This document shows positions 1 to 11,296 of a DNA stretch of 32,423 nucleotides, piece by piece (within the stretch, counting starts at the first letter, position 1; the number at the start of each line of letters is the position of its first letter). Below the pieces are notes generated by a model that saw nothing but the letters and a program-made list of their open reading frames with translations, was not told where the DNA came from and did no database searches. Source of the DNA: Chiloscyllium plagiosum (lineage: Eukaryota); contig NC_057718.1 of the NCBI RefSeq assembly GCF_004010195.1, forward strand, positions 98,270,876 to 98,303,298, in the 5' to 3' direction. The translations under genes were made by a program, and so were the position numbers.

Positions 1-437
1 ATTTTCCCAATGTTTGATTTGATACTTAGATCAGTCTTACAGTGATGAAGCAAGTCCTGACATTTTATCAGCTTATATGACTGTAACATTACTAATTATA
101 ATGTCACAGTGCGAGTTAAAAACACATCAGAAAAATTGGCCTTGTTAGACAGGCAATGTCTTTCATAGTTGGTGAAACATAAACCCTCATGAGCTTTTCT
201 CTCATATACGTGTTACACAAAAAACATCACATTCTGTTAGTTTTTTGTAGGTAACAACTAAAATGGAAATACAAAATAAAGGAAAAGATACAAAGGAGAA
301 CTGTATGACAGTGATGCAATGGGATAATTGATGTAGATTCTTTAAAACAAAGCAGGGCATATTCCGAACTCCTGTCGCTATTATGGTCTTTCCTTAGTTG
401 CAAACAATTAAAATGATTTTATTGTTTGATATTATAG

Positions 438-503
438 GCCTACCTAAAATTGTTGAAGAAGCAGCAAAAAGAACTGAGTGCGTTAAAGAAAAAACATGCC
501 AAG
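438..503 (+). CDS. PLCB4: Internal coding exon of phospholipase C beta 4 (C-terminal coiled-coil region), 66 bp, phase 0/0
   Basis: Flanked by attatAG| and |GTatgt. Translates [22 protein letters not shown], matching recalled vertebrate PLCB4 [22 protein letters not shown]. Joins in frame to the exon at 29398. Confidence 0.93.
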
Positions 504-529
504 GTATGTATGTGCTCTTCATATCTTTA

Positions 530-985
530 GGAACTGGAGGCCATTTGGCCTTCAGAGTTCTTCAAACCCTCTCTTCAATGGGATTGCTGCTGATCTGTGG
601 CTGATCTCCTTTACCAGGATTTGTTCCACAGCTCTTTTGAGAAGTAACATTTATCAGACTTACATTTAAAATTAACATTGACGTAGCATCGATTACCAGT
701 TTTTGGAAATTAGGTCCAAAGTTCTCCCATCCTTTGTGTGAGAAATGTTTCCTGATTTGGCTCCTGGAAGACCTAGTTCTTACTCTTAGACTATGTGTCC
801 TGGTATTAGATTTCCTAACCAGCAGAAGCACTCTATCTAGCCTACTTCTCTTAATCTGTTGAAACCTTAGACCAGATGGCCCCTTGATGTTTGAAGTTGG
901 AAGGAATACAATCTCAATTGGTGTAATCACTTAGCGAGCTTTGAGAAGATGGGTAATCACTCTTCATAATTTAACCCTTTGAGTA
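530..985 (-). mobile_element. Old CR1/L2-group LINE 3' end fragment
   Basis: Begins ggaactggaggccatttggcc, resembling the many (-) LINE 3' ends in this window; heavily decayed. Confidence 0.5.
932..952 (-). mobile_element. ~20 bp extreme 3'-end remnant of the Penelope-like element with 9 bp TSD
   Basis: tagcgagctttgagaagat matches the PLE terminus at 5746 (agcgggttttgagaagat) and 8569 (tagcaggatttgagaagat). Flanked by gtaatcact at 923-931 and 953-961. Confidence 0.7.
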
Positions 986-1251
986 CAGCAATAATTTTTG
1001 TTTAGTTTAACTGTTTCATAATAAGAATACGGATCCTTTTTGTTATTAAGAATTGATTTTATGCAGCAAATGAGTTGAACCACTACGGAAAAATTGAATA
1101 ATGTGTAAAGCCATCATTTAGTTGCCACATTTAGGAGCACACATGCAAGACATAGGTAGTAATATTTTCTTAATTGAATTAATTTGTCTTTCTGTAGAGT
1201 AACAAAACTCGAAATGAATCATGTTGGGCTGGCATTAATACCTCTATTAGC

Positions 1252-1552
1252 ATCATAGAATCCTGACAACACAGATAAAGGCCATTTAGCCCATCAAGTT
1301 GGCACCAAACCTTCGACAAGCATCGTACCCAATTCTCACGGTTATCATGACTAATCCACACTACGGGGCACTCGAGCATGGCCAACCCACCTAAACTCCA
1401 TATCTTTGGGAAGAAACCAGAGCACCTGGAGGAAACTCACATAGACATGGGAGAAGGTGCATAGCCCCCCCCCCACACAGGCAATTGTCCAAGAGTGGAC
1501 TCGACCTTGCTCCCTGACACAGTGAGGTAGCAGTGCTAATGACTGAGCCACC
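1252..1552 (-). mobile_element. HE1-like (V-SINE) tRNA-derived SINE, decayed
   Basis: Reverse complement of the 6996-7315 SINE motifs (gcatggccaacccaccta...gaaaccagagcacctggaggaaac...gcagtgctaa...gagccacc). Confidence 0.75.
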
Positions 1553-1675
1553 ATGCATGTGTCCTCAAAGAATAACAAAGTAACTATTTGATGGTCATCT
1601 GACCTGCAATGCACTTACCTCTGCTCGTTACTAAGTGAAGGGCAAGGATCGTATATGCAGCAGTAGCAGATTATA

Positions 1676-2270
1676 AAAACATAAAGAGGGCTGAAGTAGA
1701 CCATTTGGCCCCTGAAACATGTTCCACCAGTTAACAAGATCATGACTGATCTGCTATGTCCATGCCACCTTTGTGCTCTATCCCCACATCCCTGAATTAA
1801 TTCAATACACAAAACTGTCTTGCCTAATTCACATTACAGGGCAATTGAGCATGGCCAACCCACCTAATCTGCATATCTTTGGGAAGAACCCGGAGGAAAT
1901 GTGCGTAGATGCGGGGAGAACATACAAAGCCCCCCACACAGGCAGTCTGTCTATCACATACTCAATGGCTGAGCATCCAAGCTGTCTGTGATAAGGATTT
2001 CCAAAGAGCCATCGCCCTCTTAATTGAAGAAATTTCTCCTCAGCTCAGTCAGAAATGATGGGCACCCTTATTCTGAGACTGTGACCAATGTTCTAGATTT
2101 CCCAGGCAGGGGAAACAACCTCTTAACACCCAACTTGTTAACCCCCTTTAAGGAATTCATACGTTTCAATGAGATTATCTCTCATTTCCCTGAATGCCAG
2201 AGCGTATGGGTTTCAACCACACAACCCTCTACATAAGACAAACCACTCATCCCATGAACCACTCGGATGG
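1676..2270 (-). mobile_element. CR1/L2-group LINE 3' fragment with internal HE1-like SINE piece (~1825-1945)
   Basis: 3'-end motif gtagaccatttggcccc and gaagaaatttctcctca; nested gcaattgagcatggccaacccacctaatctgca. Confidence 0.6.
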
Positions 2271-2409
2271 CTCTTTGTTTCATGACAGGCAAAATATGTG
2301 TTGGAATGTAACAACAAAGAGAAAAGGACCAGCAGTAGGCCATTCGACCCATCAAGCCTGCTCTGCCATTCAATAACATCAAGATTGATCTTCTCTAATC
2401 GGGTTAAAA

Positions 2410-3185
2410 ATGAGAAAGTTAGAAACTGTAATTGAAATTAATCAGAAATTAAAGGCTGACATATCTCCAGGTCCTTATAATCCACGCACCAAATTACTAA
2501 AGCAAGTGCATTATTAGATGCATTGGTGGTCATTCTCCAACATTCCGTCAACTCTAGTGCAGTTCCTAGAGACTGGAGGGTGCCAAATATAACCACACTA
2601 TTTTAAAAAGAGAAAACACAGAAAAACAGCCTGACATCCGCCCTGGAGAAAATGCTGCTCAATTACAGAATATGTGATAAGAGAACACTTGAACGGTTAT
2701 TGAGATTAGAAGAAGTCAGCACACGTTTATGAGAAGAAAATCATGCTTTGCTAATCTACTGGAGTTTTTTTGGGGTGTCCCTGATGAAGGAAGCTAGTAC
2801 TTCCAAATAAACCTGTTGGACAACAACCTGGTGTTGTGTGATTTTTAATGAGGAGAATAGATCAGGGAAAATCGGTGGGTATGCATTTGGATTTCAAAAA
2901 CGTTTTCGACAAGGTCCCACATAAAAGGCTAGTGGGAAAAATTAAAGCAACCAAGATTGAGGGTAATGCACTGGCATGAATTGAGAATTAGTTGACAGTC
3001 CAGATCCAGAGAGTGGGAATAAACATGTCTTTTCCTGAACAGCGGGTGATGACTAGTGGTGTACCACATGGATCGGTGCTGGGACTCCAGCTGTTCACAA
3101 CATACGTAAATGATTGGACAGGGACATAAATGAAATGTTGCCCTGACAGCACAAAACTAGGAGGGGATTGTGAGTTGTAAAGGAG
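2410..3185 (+). mobile_element. CR1 LINE ORF2 reverse-transcriptase fragment, decayed
   Basis: Decayed DWRxANxTPLFKK, DFxKxFDKVPH and TSGVPxGSVLGxQLF-type motifs. Confidence 0.75.
2780..2848 (+). mobile_element. Truncated HHR family-B mini-element with stem II deleted, inserted in CR1
   Basis: ctgatgaagg-aagctagtacttccaaataaacctgttggacaacaacctggtgttgtgtgatttttaa aligns to 28363-28443 apart from a 13 nt deletion (agcggcgctccga). Confidence 0.85.
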
Positions 3186-3199
3186 GAGGCACTAAAACT

Positions 3200-3430
3200 A
3201 CAAGCTAGTCTCCAAGTATTATCTCACCAAGGCTTTAAATAATTATAATGAAACATCTTTACTATTGCACTCAAATCCTCTCAAAACAAAGGCGAACATA
3301 CCACTTGCCTTCTGAATTGCTAGCCTATACCTGCACAGGAACATTCATTGACTCATGAGCAAGAACACCAGGCACCTTGAAAGTTTATCATTTCCTAGTC
3401 TCTCACCATTAGAGAGAATCTATATTTTTG
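3200..3430 (-). mobile_element. CR1 LINE fragment
   Basis: ctccaagtattatctcaccaaggc...acaaaggcgaacataccacttgccttc is the reverse of the late-RT region seen at 27150-27300. Confidence 0.6.
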
Positions 3431-3469
3431 CCTTTCCTCCATACCTGATTACTTATTAGTTACGCAGGG

Positions 3470-3608
3470 AGTCAGTTATCTGTACGGCTGGCTTGCGATG
3501 CAGAGTGCTACTAACAGCATGGGTTCAGTTTCTGCTCTGGCCAAGATTACATGAAGGTGTCTCTTTCTCAACCTCTCCCTTCGCCTGAGGTATGATGACC
3601 CTCAAGTT
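3470..3608 (+). mobile_element. Short tRNA-derived SINE
   Basis: Decayed A-box region and B-box-like gggttcagtttc. Confidence 0.45.
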
Positions 3609-3827
3609 ATGGAGTTATCTAGCTCGGGAGCAGACCTTCGTCCAACCTGTCCATGCTGATCAAGTTTCCAAAACTAAACTGGGCCTGCTTGCCTGCGTTT
3701 GGCCCACATCCCTCCAAATTTCCTGTTCATATACCTGTCCAAATGTCTTTTAAATATTGTAATTGTACCTGAATCTACAGCTTCCTCAGGCTATTCAATC
3801 CACATACAAACCACCCTCTGTATGAAA

Positions 3828-3865
3828 AGTTCCTGATGAAGGGCTTTTGCCCGAAACGTTGATTT
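3828..3865 (+). ncRNA. Minimal type I hammerhead ribozyme motif (GUU triplet)
   Basis: CTGATGA (3833-3839)-A-GGGC TTTT GCCC-GAA-ACGT-T; weak stem I (agttc/gattt). Confidence 0.75.
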
Positions 3866-3960
3866 CGCTGCTCCTTGGATGCTGCCTGAACTGCTGTGCT
3901 CTTCCAGCACCACTAATCCAGAATCTGGTTTCCAGCATCTGCAGTCATTGTTTTTACCCC
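3832..3960 (+). mobile_element. HHR family-A short PLE-type element, exact 10 bp TSD
   Basis: TSD atgaaaagtt at 3822-3831 and 3961-3970 interrupts the CR1 sequence ccctctgt..gaaaagttgccc. Confidence 0.9.
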
Positions 3961-4970
3961 ATGAAAAGTTGCCCTTCAGCTCCCTTTTGAATCTTTCTCC
4001 TGTCACCTTAAAAAATATGCCCTCGATTTTGAACTCCTCTACCCTCAAGGATTTACCGTGGCTATTCACGTTATCTATAGCCCTCATAATTTTATAAACC
4101 TCTATAAGGTCATCCCTCAACCTCCTACACTCCAGTGAAAGAGGTCCTGGTCTATTCAGCCTCTCCCTATAACTTAAGCCCTCCAGTCCCATCAACATTC
4201 ATGGTAATTTCTTTCTGAACCTTCTCTAATGTAATAATATCCTTCCTATGATAGGGCTACCAGAACTATACATGGTACACCAAAAGGGGCCTCACCAACA
4301 TCCTGTACAACCTCAACATGTCTTCCCAACTCCTCTACTAAATGATCTGAGTAATAAAGACAAGCTAAATGCCTTCTTAATCTTCCTGTCCAACTGCACC
4401 TCCACTTTCCAAGAACAATGAACCTGAACCCCTAGGTCTCTCTGTTCGACAACACTACCCAGGGATCTACCATTAACTGTAAAAGTTCTACCCTTTTTCA
4501 TTTTACCAAAATGCAATACCTCTCATTTATACAATTTAAACTCCACCTGTCAATCCTCAGCCCATTGGCCCAATTGATCAAGATCCCTTGTAATCTTCGC
4601 TAACCTTCTTCATGGTGACTCGACCACCAATTTTGGTGTCAACTGAAAACTTACTAATAATGCCTGCCAAATTCTCAAACAGATCATTTATACAAATTAT
4701 GAACAACAGGGGACCCAGTACCGGTCCCTGCAGAACACCGATGGTCACAGTCCTTTAATCTAGAAAACAATCCTCCACCACTCCCTCTGTCTCCTACCGT
4801 AAAGCCAATTTTGTATCCAATTGGCAAGCTCTCCCTAAATCCCATGTAAAAAAATTTTACTAATCAGTCTACCATGTGGCACTTTGTCAAAGGCTTTACT
4901 AAAATCCAAGCAGACAATATCTATCATTCTGACCTCATCAATCTTTTTGGTTATGTTCTCAAAAAACGCA

Positions 4971-5090
4971 GGAGAAAGTAAGGACTGCAGATGCTGGAGA
5001 TTAGAGCTGAAAATGTGTTTCTGGAAAAGCGCAGCAGGTCAGGCAGCATCCAAGGAGCAGGAGAATCGACGTTTCGGGCATAAGCCCTTC
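4971..5090 (-). mobile_element. HHR family-A short element truncated inside the ribozyme core, 15 bp TSD
   Basis: TSD ttctcaaaaaa(c/t)gca at 4956-4970 and 5088-5102. Minus strand reads GAAGGGC TTAT GCCC GAAACGTC but lacks CTGAT. Confidence 0.9.
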
Positions 5091-5614
5091 TCAAAAAATG
5101 CAATCAAGTTCGTGAGACACGATTTCCCATGCATAAGGCAATGATGACAATCCCTGATCAATCATTGTCTCTCCAAATGCATATAAATCCTAACTCTCAG
5201 AATCCTTTCCAACAACGTACCCATCACTGATGTCAGACTCACCAGTCTATAGTTCCCAGGCTTCTCCTGAAAACCTTTCTTAAATAAAAGAACAACATTA
5301 GTCACCCTCCAGTTCTCTAGCACCTCACACGTGGCTGTAGATGATACAGATATCTCTGCTTGGGGTCCAGCAATTTGTTCCCTAATTTTCCACAAAGTCT
5401 TGGGATACACTTAATCAGGTCCTGATGTATCCACCTTTATGTTTTTTAAGACTTTCAGCACCTCATTTTAGAGTCATAGAGTCAATTTGAACTGTTAAGA
5501 TATCAATATTGATTTCCCAGAGTTCCCTAGCTTTCATTCCCTTCTCCATAGTAAAACCTGACGTGAAATATTTATTTCATATCTCTCCCGTCTGTGGTTC
5601 CACTCTTAGATTAC

Positions 5615-5661
5615 CTCGTTGATACTCAAGTGCCAATGTTGAAAGAGTGCTGCACTGTCAG
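5615..5661 (+). mobile_element. DeuSINE (SacSINE/AmnSINE-like) 5' part, continuing at ~11297
   Basis: gagtgctgcactgtcag joins to ccgtctttcagatga at 11298, as in the recalled DeuSINE consensus. Confidence 0.55.
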
Positions 5662-5822
5662 TGTCATAGAGATGTACAGCAGGGAAACAGACCCTTCAGT
5701 CCAACTCATCCATATCGACCAGATATCCCAACCTACTCTAGTCCCAGCGGGTTTTGAGAAGATTTGTAGCTCAGGTTGAGGTTTTGGATGTAGGTTTGCT
5801 CGCTGAGCTGGAAGATTCATTT

Positions 5823-5862
5823 TCAGACATTTTATCACCAAACTAGGTAACATCTTCAGTGT
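5823..5862 (-). ncRNA. Decayed hammerhead ribozyme in PLE pLTR (family C)
   Basis: Minus strand: aca CTGAAGA T GTTACC tagttt GGTGAT AAAA TGTC TG; inferred ancestral GGTGAC GAAA CGTC, eroded at CpG sites. Confidence 0.7.
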
Positions 5863-5959
5863 GCCTCCGGATGAAGCACTGGTGGTGTAACCTGCTTTCT
5901 GTTTATATGTTTGGGTTTCCTTGAGTTGGTAATGTCATTTCCTATGGTGACGTCATTTC

Positions 5960-8570
5960 CTATGGTGATGTAAATTCGCATTCTTTTTCTCAGGCGGTGG
6001 TAAATGGGATCCGAGTCAATGTGTTTGTTGATAGAGTTCCAGTTAGAATGCCATACTTCGTGGAAGTCTCGTGTGTGTCTCTGTTTGCCTTGTCCTAGGA
6101 TGGATGTGCTGTTCCAGTCGAAGTGGTGACCTTCCACATCCGTATGTAAGGATACTAGTGAGACAGGGTCATGTCTTTTTGTGGCTAGTTTATGTTCATG
6201 TATCCTGATGGCTAGTTTTATGCTTGTTTGTCCAATGTAGTGTTTATTACAGTCCTTGCAAGTTTTTTTTTAATGACATTAGTTTTGCTTGTTGTCTGTA
6301 TAGGATCTATCAAGTTCATTAGCAGCTGTTTTAGTGTGTTGGTGGGTTTGTGGGCTACCATGATGCCAAGAGGTCTGAGTAACCTAGGAGTCATTTCCAA
6401 GATATCTTTGATGTAGGGGAAGGTGGCTAGGGTTTCTGGACGTGTTTTGTCTGCTTGTTTGGGTTGTTGCTGAGAAATCGGGGACTGTGTTCACTGGGTA
6501 CCCATTCTTTTTGAATACACTGTATAGGTGATTTTCCTCTGCTCTGCATAGTTCCTCTGTGTTGCAGTGTGTGGTGGCTAGTTGAAATAATGTTCTAATG
6601 CAGCTTTGTTTGTGGATGTTGGGATGTTTGCTTCTGTAGTTCAATATTTGATCTGTATGTGTTGTTTTCCTGTAAATGCTGGATTGAAGTTCCCCATTGG
6701 CTGTTCGCTCTACTGTGACATCTAGGGATGGCAATTTGTTGTTGTTTTCCTTCTCTTTCGTGAATTTTATGCCAGTAAGAGTATTATTGATTGTCTTGAA
6801 GGTTTCCTCGAATTTGTGATGACAAAGATGTCATCCACGTAGCGGACCCAAAGTCTGGGTTGGATGGTTGGCAGAGCTGTTTGTTTGAGTCTCTGCATTA
6901 CTGCCTCTGCTAAGAACCCTGATATCGGAGATTCCATGGGTGTTCATTGGTTTGTCTGTAGATTTTGTTGTTGAAGGTGAAGTGGGTAGTAAAGTGGGCG
7001 GCACGGTGGCACAGTGGTTAGCACTGCTGCCTCATAGCGCCAGAGACCCGGGTTCAATTCCCGCCTCAGGCGACTGACTGTGTGGAGTTTGCACATTCTC
7101 CCCGTGTCTGCGTGGGTTTCCTCCGGGTGCTCCGGTTTCCTCCCACAGTCCAAAGATGTGCAGGGCCAGGTGAATTGGCCATACTAAATTGCCCATAGTG
7201 TTAGGTAAGGGGTAAATGTAGGGGTATGGGTGGGTTTCGCTTCGGCGGGTCGGTGTGGACTTGTTGGGCTGAAGGACCTGTTTCCACACTGTAATGTAAT
7301 CTAATTAAAAAAAAAGCATATGTCCACTAACTTGCTGATGAAGTTAATGGTGTTTGGTGTATGTGTCTTTGGGTCTTCTAATAGTGTAGTCAGTGTTTCC
7401 TTAGCCAGGTTGACATTGATGGATGTGAACAGGACTGTTACGTTATTTTATCCTCTTCTATCTTGGTGCCTTTGTTTGTCTTCAGGAATTCTTGGGTGGA
7501 GTGAATGGAGTGGTGTGAGTCCTCTACTAAGTGTTTTAGTCTTTGGTGTAGCTCCTTGGCCAGTCTGTAAGTTGGTGTTCCAGGTAGCGAGACTATGGGT
7601 CTGAGGGGGGCTCCTGGTGAATTTTGGGTAATCTGTAGAAGCGTGGTGTGTTGGATCCATCTGGTTTCATTTTTTGGAAGTTGATCTTATTTATTTCTCC
7701 AGATTTCTGAAGTTGTTTTGAATGGGGCTATGATTTGGTTCTGTAGTTATGGGGTCAGGTCTATCACCACTTGTTGGTAAGTGTTGGTATCTGCAAGTCG
7801 TGCGTTCACTTTCTCAATGTAGTCTCTTTGATTTAAAATGACTATCAAACTTCCTTTGTCTGCAGGTAGGATAACAATGTTTTTATCTTATTTTAGTCTT
7901 TCTAGTGTTTTACTTTCTTGTGTATTCAGTGTGTACCGTTCCTTTTCCCTGCTTAATGTTGGTGCAACTGCCTGTCTGATGATTTGCTGGGTTGCTTTTG
8001 TGAATCGGTTGTCTTTCAGTGTTGTTTCTAATGCTGCTAAAGAATCTTTCTTGTATGCATCCTGGAAGTTGTCATTTAATCCTCTTACTAAGACTGCTTT
8101 TTCAGTGTCAGATCAGGGTCAGTCAGATAAGTTTTTATCCATGCTTCTGTGTTGTCAGTATTGTTATTTTGTGTAAGTTTGTCTAGTTTTTTTTCTGTAG
8201 GCCTAGTTTTTTTTTTTCATTTTCTGTGTTTGTCACTGTATAATATGTATGGCTTGTTGTACTGTGTCTGTCAATTCATGGTCTGTTGCATGAGTGAGTA
8301 AAGAATTTGGTGCAAAATTTCTCAGTTGTATTTACGAAGTCTGTTGTGGGCATCTTTAATCATTTCTCTTAGCATTCTATGGCCATTTTGCTCTGCTATT
8401 CTTTTGGCTAATAGAGTCTTATGGGAGGTTTGTATTTAAGACGTTTAGGTTAAACCTGTTTCCTTAGGCATTCATGCAGGAAGTACGGTTGTTCGCAAGT
8501 GGTGCTCTGTCAGATGGCATTGGTTTCCCATTTTTGGGCCAGTTTTAGCGTTTTGCACCCATAGATGTTA
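5960..8570 (-). pseudogene. Disrupted PLE ORF (N-terminal domain, RT, GIY-YIG endonuclease)
   Basis: N-terminal ...YFLHECLRKQV.PKRLKYKPP, ILPADKG, YVDD, LDVTVER, YRKTTHTDQILNYRS.HP and H.FDW..TSILGQ; multiple frameshifts and a SINE insertion. Confidence 0.88.
6996..7315 (+). mobile_element. HE1 SINE (V-SINE), full-length and young, inserted in the PLE RT
   Basis: A-box TGGCACAGTGG (7007-7017), B-box GGTTCAATTCC (7051-7061), core gtggagtttgcacattctccccgtgtctgcgtggg, CR1-like tail and A-run; many CpGs retained. Confidence 0.93.
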
Positions 8571-8947
8571 GCAGGATTTGAGAAGATTTGTAGCTCAAGT
8601 TGAGGTTCTGGATGTTGGTTTACTCGCTGAGCTGGAGGGTTCATTTTCAGATGTTTTGTCACCATACTAATTAATATCTTCAGAGAGTCTCCAGATAAAG
8701 CACTGGTTGTGTAGCCCGCTTTCTCTTTATATGTTTGGGTTTTCTTGGGTTGGTGATGTCATTTCCAGTGGTGATGCCATTTCCTGTGGTGATGTCATTT
8801 CCTGTTCTTCTTCCCAGGGGGTGGTAAATGGGATCCAAGTCAAAGTGTTTGTTGATAGAGTTCCGGTTGGAATGCTAATCTTCTAGGAATTCTCGAGTGT
8901 GTCTCTGTTTGCCCTGTGCTCAGATGGATGTGTTGTCCCAGTCAAAG
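8569..8947 (-). repeat. Upstream pseudo-LTR (direct repeat of 5747-6123)
   Basis: tttgagaagatttgtagctca...gatggatgtg.tgt.ccagtc.aag is repeated in the same orientation, the partial-tandem structure typical of PLEs. Confidence 0.9.
8647..8686 (-). ncRNA. Decayed hammerhead ribozyme in second pLTR
   Basis: Minus strand: CTGAAGA T ATTAAT tagtat GGTGAC AAAA CATC TGA. Confidence 0.6.
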
Positions 8948-10874
8948 CAACACTGAAAGACAACCAACTCACTAAAGCAACCCAGCAAATCACCAGACAG
9001 GCAGTCGCACCAAAATTAAACAGGAAAAAGGAAGGATACACACTCAATACACAAGAAAGTAAAACACGAGAAAGACTAAAATAAGATAAAAACGTTGTTA
9101 TCCTACCTGCAGACAAAGGAAGCTTGACAGCCATTTTAAATCAAAGTGACTACATTGAGAAAGTGAACGCACTACTTGCAGATACCAACACTTACCAACA
9201 AGTGGCGATAGACCCGAACCCACAACTAGCGAACTGAATCACAGCCCTACTCAAAACAACTTCAGAAATCTGGAGAAATAAATAAGACCGAATTCCAAAA
9301 AATGAAACCAGATGGATCCAACACACCACGCTTCTACAGATTACCCAAAATTCGCAAACCAGGAATCCCCCTCCGACCCATAGTCTCACTTACAGACTGG
9401 CCAAGGAGCTACACCAAAGACTAAAACACTTAGTAGAAGACTCACACCACTCCATCCACTCCACCCAAGAATTCCTGAAGACCATCGAAGACACCAAGAT
9501 AGAAGAGGATGAAATAATGGCCTCCGTGGACATAACAGCCCTGTTCATCCATCAGCATCAACCTGGCCAAGGAAACACTGACTACACTATTAAAAGTACC
9601 AAAGACACATACACCAAACACTACTAACTTCATCAGCAAGGACATATTATAAAGCTAGTGGACCTATGTTTTACTACCCACTTCGCCTTCAACTACAAAA
9701 CCTACAGAAAACCAACGAACACTCTGATGTCAGGGTTCTTAACAGAGGCAGTAATGCAGAGACTCGAACAAACAGGTCTGCCAACCATCCAACTCAAACT
9801 TTGGGTCTGCTACGTGGATGACACCTTTATCACTAAACGAAACAAATTCGAGGAAACCTTCAAGACCATCAATAATACCCTTTCTGGCATAAAATTCATG
9901 AAAGACTGAATACAACAACAAACTGCCATTTCTAGATGTCACAGTAGAACGAACAGCCAATGAGGGATCTCCAAACCAATGTCTACAGGAAAACAACACA
10001 TACGGATCAAATACTGAACTACAGAAGCAATCATCCCAACATCCACAAACAAAGCTGCATTAGAACATTATTTCAGCTAGCCACCACACACTACAGCACA
10101 GAGGAACTATGCAGAGCAGAGGAAAATCACCTATACAGTGTATTCAAAAAGAATGGGTACCCAGTGAACACAGTCCCCGATTTCTCAGCAACAAATCCAA
10201 ACAAGCAGACAAAACACGTCCAGACACCCTAGCCACCCTCCCCTACATCAAAGACATCTCGGAAATGACTGCCAGATGACTCAAACCCCTTGGCATCATA
10301 GTAGCCCATAAACCACCAATACACTAAAACAGCTGCTAATGAACTTGAAAGGTCCTATACAGACAACAAGCAAAACTAATGCAATTAAAAAAATACCTTG
10401 CAAGGACTGTAACAAACACTACACTGGACAAACGGGCAGAAATCTAGCCACCAGGATACATGAACATCAACCAGCCACAAAAAGACATGACCCAGTCTCA
10501 CTAGTATTCTTTCTTACAGATGTGGAAGGACATCACTTCGACTGGGACAACACATTCATGCTAGGACAAGGCAAACAGAGACATGCATGAGAATTCCTAG
10601 ATGCATAGCATTCTAACCGGAACTCTATCAACAGACACATTGACTTGGGTCCCATTTACCACCCCCTGAGAAAAAGAATAGGAAATGGCATCGCCATAGG
10701 AAGTGATGTCACCACAGGAAATGACATCACCAACCTAAGGAAACATAAACATATAAATAGAAAGCGGGCTACACCACCAGTGCTTCATTCAGAGGCTTAC
10801 TGAAGATGTTGCCTGGTGTGGTGACTAAATGTTTGAAAATGAACCTTCCAGCTCAACGAGCAAATATAAATCCA
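8945..10874 (+). pseudogene. Inverted 5'-truncated PLE copy (RT, GIY-YIG and pLTR)
   Basis: LWVCYVDDTF, YRKTTHTDQILNYRSNHP and IPCKDCNKHYTGQTGRNLATRIHEH; reverse complement of ~5785-8025. Confidence 0.92.
10797..10836 (+). ncRNA. Decayed hammerhead ribozyme in inverted pLTR
   Basis: CTGAAGA (10800-10806) T GTTGCC tggtgt GGTGAC TAAA TGTT TGA. Confidence 0.65.
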
Positions 10875-11296
10875 TAATCTAGTCCCATTTGCCACCACTT
10901 GCCCCATATCCCTCCAAACCCTTCCTAGGTGCCTTTCAAATGTTGCAATTGTACCAGCCTCCACCACTTCCTCTGGCAGCTCATTCCATATACGCACCAC
11001 CCTCTGTGTGAAAAAGCTGTCCCTTAGGTCACTTTTATATCTTTCTCTTCTCACCCTAAACCTATGCCCTCTAGGTCTGGATTCCCCCACCACAGGGAAA
11101 AGACTTATCCTGTCCATGCCCCTCCTGATTTTATAAACCTCTATGAGGTCACCCCTCAGCCTCTGATGCTCCATGGAAAACAGCCCCAGCCTATTCAGCC
11201 TCTCCCTATAGCTCAGGTCCTCCAACCCTGGTAACATCTTTGTAAGTCTTTTCTGAACCCTTTCAAGTTTTACAACAACCTTCCGATAGGAAGGAC

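Larger units (their letters stand above)
3610..5595 (-). mobile_element. CR1/HER1 LINE, 5'-truncated (RT to 3' end), with two HHR mini-element insertions
   Basis: ORF-track pieces LSYRERLNR...LRDDLIEVYKIM, QRDLGVQVH and WRVTNVVLLFKKG..PGNYRLVSLTS. Confidence 0.9.
5747..10874. mobile_element. Penelope-like element composite: (-) near full-length copy, tandem pLTR and inverted 5'-truncated (+) copy, as one insertion
   Basis: TSD tctagtccca at 5737-5746 and 10878-10887 (13 bp with one mismatch when extended). RT and GIY-YIG motifs occur on both strands. Confidence 0.92.

Noticed and set aside
251..331. Possible exon after ttttttgtAG (VTTKMEIQNKGKDTKEN...)
   Set aside because: No resemblance to PLCB4 as I recall it, AT-rich composition, and only a weak donor.
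398..604. 68 aa ORF
   Set aside because: Overlaps the PLCB4 exon in the wrong frame.
6996..7070. tRNA gene
   Set aside because: The A/B boxes belong to the head of an HE1 SINE.
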